This document shows, piece by piece, positions 19,888 to 29,386 of a DNA stretch of 64,000 bases. The notes beneath the pieces were generated by a model, which was not told the origin of the DNA, did no database searches, and saw only the letters and a program-made list of their open reading frames with translations. The translations under genes were made by a program, and so were the position numbers. Source of the DNA: Myxococcales bacterium (GTDB lineage: Bacteria; Myxococcota_A; Polyangia; Polyangiales; Polyangiaceae); contig JAYTOU010000032.1 in NCBI GenBank assembly GCA_043747615.1, positions 32,001-96,000 on the forward strand, given 5' to 3'. The first letter of the stretch is position 1. Each line of letters starts with the position of its first letter.

Positions 19888-22353
19888 ATGCTTATTCGAC
19901 GCGGTTTCGTCGTTTTTGGGCTCTTGGCATTTTCCCTTCTCGCGACCGGCTCGTGCTCCTCGACGAGCAACGCTTCCGCGGGTGCGGGCCCCGTCGCCCG
20001 CTTCAACGCCGGAGCGAGCGCGACGCCCGATTTCTTGGAGGTCCCTTTTCCGTCCGACGCGTACCTGGTCAACGGGAAGATCATCGACCCCCTCCCCAAC
20101 TTTGCAAAAGTGGTGAAACAGAGCGGCAACTACCTGACCCACGAGCTCGGAAAGATGAACGGCTTCTCGCGCGTCGCCCTCTCGCTCTTCGATGTCGACG
20201 ATACGCAGGCGCCGCTGGACGACAACGGCGAGTATGTCTCTGCGAAAATCGACGGCGCCACTCTCCCCATAAAGGAGACCGACTGCATCGCCGACGGGAG
20301 CTCCATCTTTCTCATCGATCTCGAGGCCACCGATCCGGCGAAGATGCGGATCCTCTGCCGCGGACAGTTTCACGAGGACGGCGCCCTCTCCCGCTCACGG
20401 CCCGTGCTCGCGATCGGACCAGCGCGCGGAATCGTGCTCGCCGAAGGGCACAAGTACGCCACTGTTCTCACCAGTCGCGTGAAGGACAAGAGCGGAAATG
20501 CGCTCATGGCGAGCGCCGATTTCAAAAAGCTTCGCGACGGCAATTCAGCGCATCCCCTCGCCGCCCTCTACGGAGATGCGCTCGGGAAGGTGAAAGCTGC
20601 GATCGGCGGAGCCCTCGCCGCGGACAAAGCGGAGGTCGTGGCCATCGCCCCCTTCACGACCAACAAGATGACGAGCGAGCTCTACAAGATGCGCGACTCG
20701 CTCGAGGACAGCCCAGCGCCGACTCTCGCGTGGGACGCGGCCACCGTGGCGCCGATGGGAGCCACCAAGTTCGCTCCGAAAATCGCGGGCGTCCTCCCCG
20801 TCGGTTTCACGGCGAGCCTCGATGACTACCTCGGTGTCGTCGGCGCGGACGCCGTCCTGCCGGATGGCAGCCAGGATCCCGATCGCGATCTGCCCGTACG
20901 CGCCCACGACAAGATCGCAGCGGCGGGAACAGCGGTGTTCGCGGCCACTAACTTTCTCGTCAACAAGGGCGGCTACGACGTCATCGACCACGCCACCTTC
21001 GCGAAGGACGCCGCCGGAAATGTCATCCCCGCACCCGACAGTCCGAAGACCAAGATCTGGGTGACCTTCGCGATCCCCACCGGACCGATGCCCGCCGCCG
21101 GCTTCCCCGTGGTGATCTTGCAGCACGGACTGGGCGGCTCGCGCGATTTTCTCTACGACATGGCGAACGTCTTTTGCGCCAAGGGCTGGGTCACCGTGGC
21201 CATCGACAGCGTGACGTTTGGAGCGCGCGCACCCGAAGCCCAGTACCAGAAAGACCAGCACACCGACTACGAGAGAGCCCCCGGCGCGATCTACAAGGGG
21301 CCCGATGGAATCGCCGATCCCGTCCTCGGGTCACGCAACGGCTCGTTCGATCTCTTCGGCGGCCTCAAGAACATCGGCGCGCTCCGCGATCAACTTCGCG
21401 AAGCGGCGATCGATACCGCACAGCTCGTGCGGGTCCTCCGCTCGAACCCGGATCTGTCGCCGCTCAAGACGGGCGTGGACACACCGAAAATCGATCCCGA
21501 TCGCGTCGCGTACACGGGAGACTCACTCGGTGGGATCGAAGGTGCGCTCTCGGCGAGCATCGAACCAAACGTGAAGACGTGGGTGCTGAACGTGGCGGGC
21601 GCAGGCCTCCTTCTCGAAATCGGCACGCACGGGCCGGGGATCGCCCTCCAGCTCTCGCTTGCCGGCGGGCTAAATTTTGGCGCCACTGGAGACAAGTTCA
21701 ACGAGTCGCATCCGCTCGTCACCCTCATCCAGACGATCAACGATCCAGGCGACGCCATCAACTACGCGTCGAACCTCGTCCTCACTCCGCAGCCGCTGAA
21801 AGGAGCAAAGACCAATCCGCGAAACATCCTCCAGATCGAGGTGCTCTATGACGAGCTCGTTTCGAACGAATCGAACGAGGCCCTGGCGCGCGCTGCCGGA
21901 TACGGGCTCGGACTCCCGAACGTCGGCTCGAACGCTGGCATTCGCGACCTCAAAAATATTTCCGCAAACCCTGGCCGTGTTCCGCTTTCGGATGTCGCGC
22001 CGGACGGAGCCGGGGCCATCCACGACACGCCGGTCGCCGGAGTGACGGCCGTCGTCATCCAGACATCTCCTTCGGCACACGGATCGGACATGTACAGCTC
22101 GAAGGGGCACCGAACGTTCGCCATTCCCTACGCGCGGTTCGACCAGTCCACCCCTTTTCCGATGCTCGACAAAGACTTCAAGGTCAGAACTTCATACCGC
22201 GAGATCCAGGCCACCCTCGTGCAGTTCATCGACGACGGATTCCAGGGAATCGTCCCCCGGGTGGCTGGCTTCAAGCCCCCCATCCGCGATTTCGACGATG
22301 ACGGCACAGCCGACGATGTCGACCCCGACCCGAACAACCCAGCCATCAAGTAG
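19888..22353 (+). CDS. Large lipoprotein alpha/beta hydrolase (lipase-like)
   Basis: Signal peptide with Cys, 'PFPSD', oxyanion 'QHGLGG', nucleophile elbow 'GDSLG', acidic Ca-binding-like tail 'DFDDDGTADDVDPDP'. Confidence 0.82.
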   Translation: MLIRRGFVVFGLLAFSLLATGSCSSTSNASAGAGPVARFNAGASATPDFLEVPFPSDAYLVNGKIIDPLPNFAKVVKQSGNYLTHELGKMNGFSRVALSLFDVDDTQAPLDDNGEYVSAKIDGATLPIKETDCIADGSSIFLIDLEATDPAKMRILCRGQFHEDGALSRSRPVLAIGPARGIVLAEGHKYATVLTSRVKDKSGNALMASADFKKLRDGNSAHPLAALYGDALGKVKAAIGGALAADKAEVVAIAPFTTNKMTSELYKMRDSLEDSPAPTLAWDAATVAPMGATKFAPKIAGVLPVGFTASLDDYLGVVGADAVLPDGSQDPDRDLPVRAHDKIAAAGTAVFAATNFLVNKGGYDVIDHATFAKDAAGNVIPAPDSPKTKIWVTFAIPTGPMPAAGFPVVILQHGLGGSRDFLYDMANVFCAKGWVTVAIDSVTFGARAPEAQYQKDQHTDYERAPGAIYKGPDGIADPVLGSRNGSFDLFGGLKNIGALRDQLREAAIDTAQLVRVLRSNPDLSPLKTGVDTPKIDPDRVAYTGDSLGGIEGALSASIEPNVKTWVLNVAGAGLLLEIGTHGPGIALQLSLAGGLNFGATGDKFNESHPLVTLIQTINDPGDAINYASNLVLTPQPLKGAKTNPRNILQIEVLYDELVSNESNEALARAAGYGLGLPNVGSNAGIRDLKNISANPGRVPLSDVAPDGAGAIHDTPVAGVTAVVIQTSPSAHGSDMYSSKGHRTFAIPYARFDQSTPFPMLDKDFKVRTSYREIQATLVQFIDDGFQGIVPRVAGFKPPIRDFDDDGTADDVDPDPNNPAIK

Positions 22354-22454
22354 CACCGTGGAAATGGAAGGTGCGCCGAGTAGGCGACATCGTCCCGCGC
22401 GCTGACGGTTTGTTTGCGACGTCCATCGCGAAGTTCCGGTGCTAGTTAAATAAA

Positions 22455-23441
22455 ATGGGAGCGACCTCCGGCCGATGGCCTCTCGGCGGGGTAACGGACG
22501 ACTCGGCCTGGCGACGCGACGCAGTGGTCGGCGTCGCTCTTCTGACTCTCGCCGTGGGCGCTGTAATGCTGAAGCTGGCGCTGTGGGAGAGGCCGCTCCT
22601 CTTGGCGGTCGCGGTCGGCGGACTCAGTCGTCTCGTGCTCGGGATGCGCGCGCGGCGAACGCGAAATGCACCGCGTGGATGGCTGACGGTGGATCCGACC
22701 GGCATCACGCGCATCGATGCGAAGGGGTCCACCATGCTCGCCGCCTGGACGCGACCGTTCGGGGTGACGATCCTCACCAACCCATCACGAACGCGCGGAC
22801 TGCTCGCCTTCACCACACCGGACGCAACCCGTTACGTCGCCGTTGCCTGCGTCGGTCCAGAAGATCCCCCGCTCGCGCGTGACCTTTTTGCGCTCGGCGC
22901 GATGGTGCCAGACAACGACGCTTTTGGTTCCGAGGGCGACGATCAGGCGAGCCTGAGGCCCCGCGGCGGGCTCGAGCTCCTCCGATCCATCGCCGCCCAC
23001 GCTTCCCCGGCACTGCAGCACATTTATCTGTCTGGCTCGCACGGCGAAGCCATCGTGCTCGAAGGAACGGAGCTTCGCGTCGGAGCCAGCACCTTCGATC
23101 TCACGTCACCCCTCGAGTGGCGCGGCTTCATGTTCCACGAGTCGGTCGGGCAAGTGGCGACGATTTACCAAGCGACGTGGGTTCGTCAGGCGGGGTCGGA
23201 GCTCGTGCTCGTCGCCCCCATGCCCGTAGAGATGAGCGTACCGGTGGAGTCGGACCTCCGGACGCGACGCGACTTGAAGTTGTTGCAATCTACACCCGAT
23301 GCCCCCCCTCCTCGCGAGCTTCGCCGCGCCATCGAGCGCCTCTTCATGCTTCCGCTCCGACAAGCTCTGGATCGCGCGCCCAAAGCTGCGCGGCAGAGTC
23401 TTCCTCCGGAGCACACGATTCCAGCGGGCCCATCTAGCTGA
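22455..23441 (+). CDS. Hypothetical membrane protein (two N-terminal TM helices)
   Basis: Fills the gap between genes, coherent codon usage, hydrophobic N-terminus. Confidence 0.65.
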   Translation: MGATSGRWPLGGVTDDSAWRRDAVVGVALLTLAVGAVMLKLALWERPLLLAVAVGGLSRLVLGMRARRTRNAPRGWLTVDPTGITRIDAKGSTMLAAWTRPFGVTILTNPSRTRGLLAFTTPDATRYVAVACVGPEDPPLARDLFALGAMVPDNDAFGSEGDDQASLRPRGGLELLRSIAAHASPALQHIYLSGSHGEAIVLEGTELRVGASTFDLTSPLEWRGFMFHESVGQVATIYQATWVRQAGSELVLVAPMPVEMSVPVESDLRTRRDLKLLQSTPDAPPPRELRRAIERLFMLPLRQALDRAPKAARQSLPPEHTIPAGPSS

Positions 23442-23510
23442 GCTTCATGCAGCAGTGACGCGTGATACACGTCACGCGGCGTAGGACGTCGTGTTAGATC
23501 CGAGCGCGCC

Positions 23511-25490
23511 ATGGCGCTCTCGAACTTCTACGTCACGACTCCGATCTATTACGTCAACGACGTCCCGCATCTCGGGCACGCGTACACCACGGTCGCGGCC
23601 GACGCACTTCGCCGGTATCACGCGCTCCGCGGAGAAGACACGCGAATGCTGACCGGGACGGACGAGCACGGCCTGAAGATTGAGCGCCAAGCCGCCGAGC
23701 GCGGCATCACCCCGAAGGCCTTCGTCGACGAGATCAGCGTGCGCTTTCGCGACGCCTGGCCTCACTTTCAGATCCACGTCGATGATTTCATTCGGACCAC
23801 GGAGCCACGTCATACGGCCTTCGTCCAAGAGCTCTGGAAGAAGGTCGCCGCGAACGGCTTCCTCCGAAAAGGCTCCTACGAGGGCTGGTACTGCGTCGGC
23901 TGCGAGGGCTACAAAACGGAAAAAGATCTCCTGCCCGGCAACGTTTGCCCGGACCACCTGAAGCCGGTGGAGTGGCTGAAAGAGGAGACGTACTTCTTCG
24001 AGCTCCAAAAGTTCGAGAAGCAGCTCCTCGATCTGTACGAGAAAAACCCTGGTTTCGTGGGGCCTGCGACGAGGCGGAACGAGGTCATCAGCTTCGTCTC
24101 GAGCGGCCTCAAAGAGCTCAGCGTGTCGCGCACGACCTTCAACTGGGGCGTTCCCGTACCCGGCGATGAGAGCCATGTGATGTACGTGTGGTTCGACGCG
24201 CTCGCGAACTACCTCTCCGCGCTCGGCGGGGAGAAGGGCGAGCTCGGGCGCTTCTGGCCGCCGAGGGGACGCGCGATCCACCTCGTCGGAAAAGACATCC
24301 TCCGTTTTCACGCCGTGTACTGGCCTGCGTTTTTGCTCGCCGCCGGCTACAGCGAAGCGGAGCTTCCGACCCAGATCTTCGCGCACGGTTTTCTCACCAT
24401 CGACGGGCAGAAAATGTCGAAAAGCCTGCGAAACGCGGTGGATCCGATCCGCTTGGCCAACGAGCTCGGCTCGGACACGCTTCGCTACTACCTTCTGCGC
24501 GCGATCGCTTTCGGCCAAGACGGAGACTTCGTTCACGCCGGGATCATCGAGCGCTACAACGCCGACCTCGCCAACAACCTCGGCAACCTTCTGCACCGCA
24601 CGTTCGGCCTCTGCGCAAAATTCGCAGACGCGAAAGCCGAGCTCGGAGCCGCGAAAGAGCTCGAGACCGAGCTCGGCAAAAAAGCGGAGACCGCCTTCTT
24701 CGAGGCTCAAGCCGCCTGGGAGGACGTAGCTCCTCACCGCGCGCTCGAGCTCACATGGGCGCTCGCGGCGGCGGCGAATCAGTACGTCGATCGCGCGGCC
24801 CCGTGGGCGGTGGCGAAATCGCAGGACTGGCCGCATCTCGAGCGCGTTCTCGCAACGCTCCTTGAAGTGCTCCGCAATTTGAGCGTGATGATCTGGCCGG
24901 CGATGCCTGCGAAGAGCGACGCCATGCGCGTGCAGCTTGGACTCGATCCCATCGCCGTCAAACCGGGCAGCGACGTCTGGCCTCGACTCTTTGCGCCCAC
25001 GCGGCGCGTGGGCTTGGCTCCCGGCGCGCCTCTTTTTCCGACGTTCGACAAAGACGCGGAAGCGGCGCTGCTCGAGCGTTTGGCCCCTAAACCCGAGGTG
25101 ATCGCGAAGAGCGACGTGGCCGGAGACAAGCCTTCTCCGCCGAGCCGGGAGGGGCCGCTCGCAAAAATTTCCTACGACCAGTTCGCGGCAACGGAGCTCA
25201 AAGTCGGCGTCGTGCGGACGTGCGAAAAAGTCCCCAAGAAGGACAAGCTCCTTCGTCTCGTCGTCGATCTTGGAGAGGCGGAGCCGCGCACGATCATCGC
25301 GGGTCTCGCGCTGTCGTTTGCTCCAGAGAGCCTCGTCGGCAAGCGCGTGGTGGTGGTCGCGAACCTGGAGCCCCGTGACTTCGGCAAGGGCCTTGTCTCC
25401 CACGGAATGCTCCTCGCAACCGGCCCGAGCGACGCGCTGATCCTCGCGACCGTCGAAGGCGATGCTGCTCCCGGCATGCGTCTCAAGTAG
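23511..25490 (+). CDS. metG: Methionyl-tRNA synthetase with C-terminal tRNA-binding domain
   Basis: 'YVNDVPHLGH', 'GTDEHG', 'YVWFDAL', 'GKDILRFH', KMSKS, C-terminal OB fold 'VANLEPR...SHGMLL'. Confidence 0.98.
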   Translation: MALSNFYVTTPIYYVNDVPHLGHAYTTVAADALRRYHALRGEDTRMLTGTDEHGLKIERQAAERGITPKAFVDEISVRFRDAWPHFQIHVDDFIRTTEPRHTAFVQELWKKVAANGFLRKGSYEGWYCVGCEGYKTEKDLLPGNVCPDHLKPVEWLKEETYFFELQKFEKQLLDLYEKNPGFVGPATRRNEVISFVSSGLKELSVSRTTFNWGVPVPGDESHVMYVWFDALANYLSALGGEKGELGRFWPPRGRAIHLVGKDILRFHAVYWPAFLLAAGYSEAELPTQIFAHGFLTIDGQKMSKSLRNAVDPIRLANELGSDTLRYYLLRAIAFGQDGDFVHAGIIERYNADLANNLGNLLHRTFGLCAKFADAKAELGAAKELETELGKKAETAFFEAQAAWEDVAPHRALELTWALAAAANQYVDRAAPWAVAKSQDWPHLERVLATLLEVLRNLSVMIWPAMPAKSDAMRVQLGLDPIAVKPGSDVWPRLFAPTRRVGLAPGAPLFPTFDKDAEAALLERLAPKPEVIAKSDVAGDKPSPPSREGPLAKISYDQFAATELKVGVVRTCEKVPKKDKLLRLVVDLGEAEPRTIIAGLALSFAPESLVGKRVVVVANLEPRDFGKGLVSHGMLLATGPSDALILATVEGDAAPGMRLK

Positions 25491-25516
25491 TCGTCGCGCT
25501 CAGTCGACGCGGCGTT

Positions 25517-26827
25517 TCAATCGACGCGGCCGCGAACGAGTGGCACGGGACTCGGCGCAGCGGGTTCCAAGCGAAATGCGTTGCGCACGCGATCGCTGAC
25601 TTTCGCGGCGTCGGAAGCGTTTCGCACGTGCAGCTGCGCGAGCTCGTCTCCGCGCTTCACGTGTGCGCCGGGCTTCGCAAAGATCGAAATTCCTACTTCC
25701 GGATCGACGGCCTGATCGGCGCGCGTGCGACCGGCTCCCATGGCCACCGAGGCCATGCCGATCTCGAGCGCGTCGACGCCGGCGACGAATCCATCGCTCG
25801 AAGCAGTGACCGCCACCGTAACCTCCGCCACTTTCATACGCGCCGGCTCGGTCACCACCTTTGCATCGCCACCCTGGGCTGCGACCAAACGCTCCATGAT
25901 CCGTACACCGTCGCCGCTGCTGATCGCCTTTGAAATAAGGGTCCGCCCCTCGGTTGCGTCTTTTGCTTTTCCACCAAGAACGAGCATCTCCGCGCCGAGG
26001 ACAAGGGTGCACTCGACGAGATCCGCCGGTCCTTTGCCGTGCAGAACCTCGAGCGCCTCGCGGGTCTCGATGGCGTTGCCCACGGCGACGCCGAGCGGCG
26101 AGTCCATGTTCGTGAGAATGGCGACGACTTTTTTGTGCGCTCGGGTCCCCACCCGCACGAGCGCCTCTGCCAGCTTGCGAGCGCTCGCCTCGTCTTTCAT
26201 GAAGGCACCCCGCCCGACCTTCACGTCGAGCACGAGACCGTCGATTCCTTCGGCGAGCTTCTTCGAAAGAATGGAAGCCACGATGAGCGGAATGCACTCG
26301 ACCGTCGCCGTCACGTCGCGCAGCGCGTAAATACGCTTGTCTGCGGGGGCAATCTCCTTCGTCTGCCCGATGAGCGACGTGCCCACCTCGCCGACGATCC
26401 GCGAGAAGTCTGCCACGCTGAGATCCGTCCGGAAGCCCGGGATCGCCTCGAGCTTGTCGAGCGTGCCCCCGGTGTGACCGAGCCCGCGACCGCTGACCAT
26501 GGGAACGGGAACCCCACAGGCCGCCACGAGCGGCGCTAAGCAGATCGAGACCTTGTCCCCCACTCCGCCCGTGGAATGTTTGTCGACCTTGATCCCGGGA
26601 ACGGACGAAAGATCGATCACCGTTCCCGAGGCGAGCATTGCCTCGGTGAGGGCGACGGTCTCGGCGTCGTCGAGACCGCGTAAAAACGCGGCCATCAGAA
26701 ACGCCGACATCTGGTAGTCCGCGACCGACCCGTCCATGAACGACGAAATCAGGTAGGCGATCTCCTCGCTCGTGAGGCACAGCCCGTCCCTCTTGGCGGA
26801 AATTAGCTCGACGATCGATCGCTGCAT
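25517..26827 (-). CDS. deoA: Thymidine/pyrimidine-nucleoside phosphorylase
   Basis: 'DKHSTGGVGDK', 'SGRGLGHTGGTLDKLE', 'ASILSKK', 'DVKVGRGAFM'. Start MQRS at 26827. Confidence 0.93.
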   Translation of the reverse strand: MQRSIVELISAKRDGLCLTSEEIAYLISSFMDGSVADYQMSAFLMAAFLRGLDDAETVALTEAMLASGTVIDLSSVPGIKVDKHSTGGVGDKVSICLAPLVAACGVPVPMVSGRGLGHTGGTLDKLEAIPGFRTDLSVADFSRIVGEVGTSLIGQTKEIAPADKRIYALRDVTATVECIPLIVASILSKKLAEGIDGLVLDVKVGRGAFMKDEASARKLAEALVRVGTRAHKKVVAILTNMDSPLGVAVGNAIETREALEVLHGKGPADLVECTLVLGAEMLVLGGKAKDATEGRTLISKAISSGDGVRIMERLVAAQGGDAKVVTEPARMKVAEVTVAVTASSDGFVAGVDALEIGMASVAMGAGRTRADQAVDPEVGISIFAKPGAHVKRGDELAQLHVRNASDAAKVSDRVRNAFRLEPAAPSPVPLVRGRVD

Positions 26828-26870
26828 GGCGTCCGCAACGTTAGCATCTTGCACTACACTCGCGCGTACG

Positions 26871-27389
26871 ATGCGAACCCACGTTCTTCCTTTCGTTCTC
26901 CTGCTGATGACCGCCTGCTCGAAGCCGGAGGGCGAATCGAGGCCTGCGGATCCGCCGCCACCTCCTGCCCCTTCCGTGCCGAGCGAAGCTCCGAGCGCGC
27001 CCGTCGCGGTGGTGCCGAGCGCAGCGCCAAGCACGACCCCGAGCGCAGTGGCCATCGCCGTTCCGAGCGCGACGGGCAGCGCGAAGCCTGTAGCTACGGG
27101 GCCAACCTGCGGAGTGAAGCCGCTACCCGACTGCCCGCTGCAGGCTTGGATGAAGGCGAATACCGCTCCTGCGATGGCCGCCGGCGACATGCCCGCCCTC
27201 GCGACTGCGTTCGATCAGATCGCGAAGTTCGCCCCCCCCGGCTACACGAACTGGGCGTCGATATCGAAGGACGGCGCGAGGGCCGGACGCGAAGCCCAGC
27301 TCGACGCGGTGAAAGCGGCGTGCCGCGGATGCCACGATCAGTACAAGACGAAATACAAAACCGAGATTCGCACGCGCGCGCTTCCCTGA
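26871..27389 (+). CDS. Lipoprotein with C-terminal heme motif (class II, cytochrome c'-like)
   Basis: Lipobox MTAC, Pro/Ser/Ala linker, helical domain ending in CRGCH. Confidence 0.78.
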   Translation: MRTHVLPFVLLLMTACSKPEGESRPADPPPPPAPSVPSEAPSAPVAVVPSAAPSTTPSAVAIAVPSATGSAKPVATGPTCGVKPLPDCPLQAWMKANTAPAMAAGDMPALATAFDQIAKFAPPGYTNWASISKDGARAGREAQLDAVKAACRGCHDQYKTKYKTEIRTRALP

Positions 27390-27391
27390 GG

Positions 27392-28621
27392 ATGGCGGAG
27401 ATCCCCAAACCGAAAGGCTCGGTCGCTTCGTCCCCGGAACGAGGCAGCATCGTGGCTCCGCGCGGATCGGTCCCACCGCGTGGATCAATCATACCGCCGC
27501 GCGCATCGATTCCGCCGCACGCAGTGGTCCCGCCGCGTGGGTCAATCCCGCCGCGTGGCTCGCTCCCTCCCGCGGTCAACTACATGACACGCTTGCCGCC
27601 GCGCGCTCGGAAGCGCGGACGTGCGGCTGGAGAATTCACGCAGTTTCGCCGGTTGGATCGCCTTCGTGAGACACTCGAGAGCCACCCGGGTGGCCTCTCC
27701 CTCGAGAGCCTCGCCGGGATGCTGTACGTGACGACGCGCTCGGTACGCCGTTACTTGAAAGAGCTCGAGCGTGACAAACAGATCGAGTCCGTGCCTACCG
27801 CTCCCGGCGGCGCGCACCTCTGGCGCATCAAGCCGAGTGAGCGCGGACGAGCCCTCCTCCTCCGTCGAACGCAGGCGTACGGGCTCCTGGCGACCCGCAA
27901 GGTCTTCGAGGTCATTCGCGGCTCGGCGCTCTTCGACGAGCTGGACCTCGTGCATCGCCAGCTCCTTCTTCTCGCTCATCGGCCGACGCGCACCGGCGTT
28001 CGCGGAGAAATACCGAGCGACCAACGCCTCGAGGAGCGGGTCGTCTACGTCCCGCATCCGCCGCGCAACTACGTGGCAAAAGCCGAAGAGCTCGACGCGC
28101 TCTTCGATGCCGTCGCAAACCTCCGGGTGATCCGCCTTCGCTACGACGGCCAGCCGTCGATCACGCTCCATCCGTACGCACTCTTCCTGCACAAAGGCGC
28201 AGTGTTCTGTGCGGGTCACGCCGTCGAAGCAAAAACGACGCGGGTCCTGTCGTTCGATCGCATGCGCGGCACATCGATCGTCGAGGGACTAAGCTTCGCG
28301 TTGCCCGACGGGCTCGATCTAAACGAGTTCATCCAGGGCGAGCTCGGGATTGGCTGGGCCGCGAAGCGCATCAAGGTGCTCATCGAATTCGAGGCGCGCG
28401 CAGCAGAGGAATTACGCGCTCGCAAAGTTCACCCCTCCCAGCGTCTGGCCACGGCATCGGACGGACGCATGCGCCTCTCGATGTCCGTCACCGATCTCGC
28501 CGAAGTGCAAGCGTGGGTGCTCGCCTTCGGAGACGCGGCGCGGGTCGTCGAGCCACGTGAGCTCGTCGAGAGTGTGTCCTCGGCGCTCCGGATTGCGCTC
28601 GCAAAATATGATGTAGGCTAG
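27392..28621 (+). CDS. WYL-domain transcriptional regulator (HTH-WYL-WCX) with N-terminal PPRGS repeats
   Basis: HTH 'LA..L.VTTRSVRRYLKEL', WYL core 'HPYAL....AVFCAG...RVLSFDRM', WCX 'WVLAFGDAARVVEP.EL'. Start ATG 27392. Confidence 0.9.
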   Translation: MAEIPKPKGSVASSPERGSIVAPRGSVPPRGSIIPPRASIPPHAVVPPRGSIPPRGSLPPAVNYMTRLPPRARKRGRAAGEFTQFRRLDRLRETLESHPGGLSLESLAGMLYVTTRSVRRYLKELERDKQIESVPTAPGGAHLWRIKPSERGRALLLRRTQAYGLLATRKVFEVIRGSALFDELDLVHRQLLLLAHRPTRTGVRGEIPSDQRLEERVVYVPHPPRNYVAKAEELDALFDAVANLRVIRLRYDGQPSITLHPYALFLHKGAVFCAGHAVEAKTTRVLSFDRMRGTSIVEGLSFALPDGLDLNEFIQGELGIGWAAKRIKVLIEFEARAAEELRARKVHPSQRLATASDGRMRLSMSVTDLAEVQAWVLAFGDAARVVEPRELVESVSSALRIALAKYDVG

Positions 28622-28629
28622 GGCGAATC

Positions 28630-29292
28630 ACGCTTCGCTTTGCGGGCACGCTGTTGGTGAGTGCGGCTCTTCTTTTTTGCGTCGACGCCGAAGGGAGAAA
28701 AGACACTTATTTTCTGTCTGGCGCGAGCAACCTCGGGAGCATGGTGGCGCTCCTTGGTTATCCGTTCTTGCTCTAAGCCGATGTTCGGATTGAAGCAGCA
28801 AGCCGGGCCTGGCAGGTCGGCTACGGCGCGCTCATCGTGCTGCTGCTCCCGTGCGCGTACACGGCATTCACGGTCGCGTCCATGGTCTGCCACGGGGAGC
28901 TCGCCAACGATCGCCCGGGGCGATCCGATCGTGCCCGCGCTGATCGGCGTGCTCGTCGTCGGCCTCGATTTCGTCTGGACGGGACGACAATCCACGGGCG
29001 GCAAGCCATCGATCCCGCGCGCCACCGTGAGCCCATCGGCTATTACGATCGCACGGGGCCCCTCGGAAAAATCTTCGACCAGTTTCACGCCGAAGGTGAG
29101 AACGGCCACATCGGAATCAGCTGTCTCGGCTCGGGGGGAATGTCGGCGTACACACGCCCCGGAGAGACCTGGACGTTCTACGAGATCAATCCGGTGATGG
29201 TCCGCATCGCTCGAACTCCGGCCTACTTCACCTACCTCTCCGATTTTTCGGGCGACATCCCGTGCGCGGTCATTCTCGAGAGATGCGCGTAG
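28630..29292 (+). pseudogene. Collapsed pseudogene of the fused MFS/spermidine-synthase-like membrane methyltransferase family
   Basis: Recognisable motifs in family order but joined by deletions and frameshifts: 'FAGTLLVSAALLF', 'DTYFLSGASNLGSMVALLGYPFLL*' (TAA 28774), 'MVCHGELA', 'GTTIHGRQ', 'EPIGYYDRTGP', 'TFYEINP', 'FTYL'. Confidence 0.8.
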
Positions 29293-29386
29293 CTCCGGCT
29301 ATTTGCGGAGCGAAGGTGATCCGAGCAGGCGCGTGTGGACCGACGACTTTTCGAACTCGCTGGGTGCGATGCGCTGGTGGTGACGA

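Noticed and set aside
19284..20825. 513-aa + strand ORF
   Set aside because: Arg-rich off-frame composite overlapping two better-supported genes.
26828..27391. Apparent N-terminal extensions of the nucleoside phosphorylase (to 27190) and of the WYL protein (from 26849)
   Set aside because: Both overlap the cytochrome c'-like lipoprotein gene. Family homology starts at 26827 and 27392.
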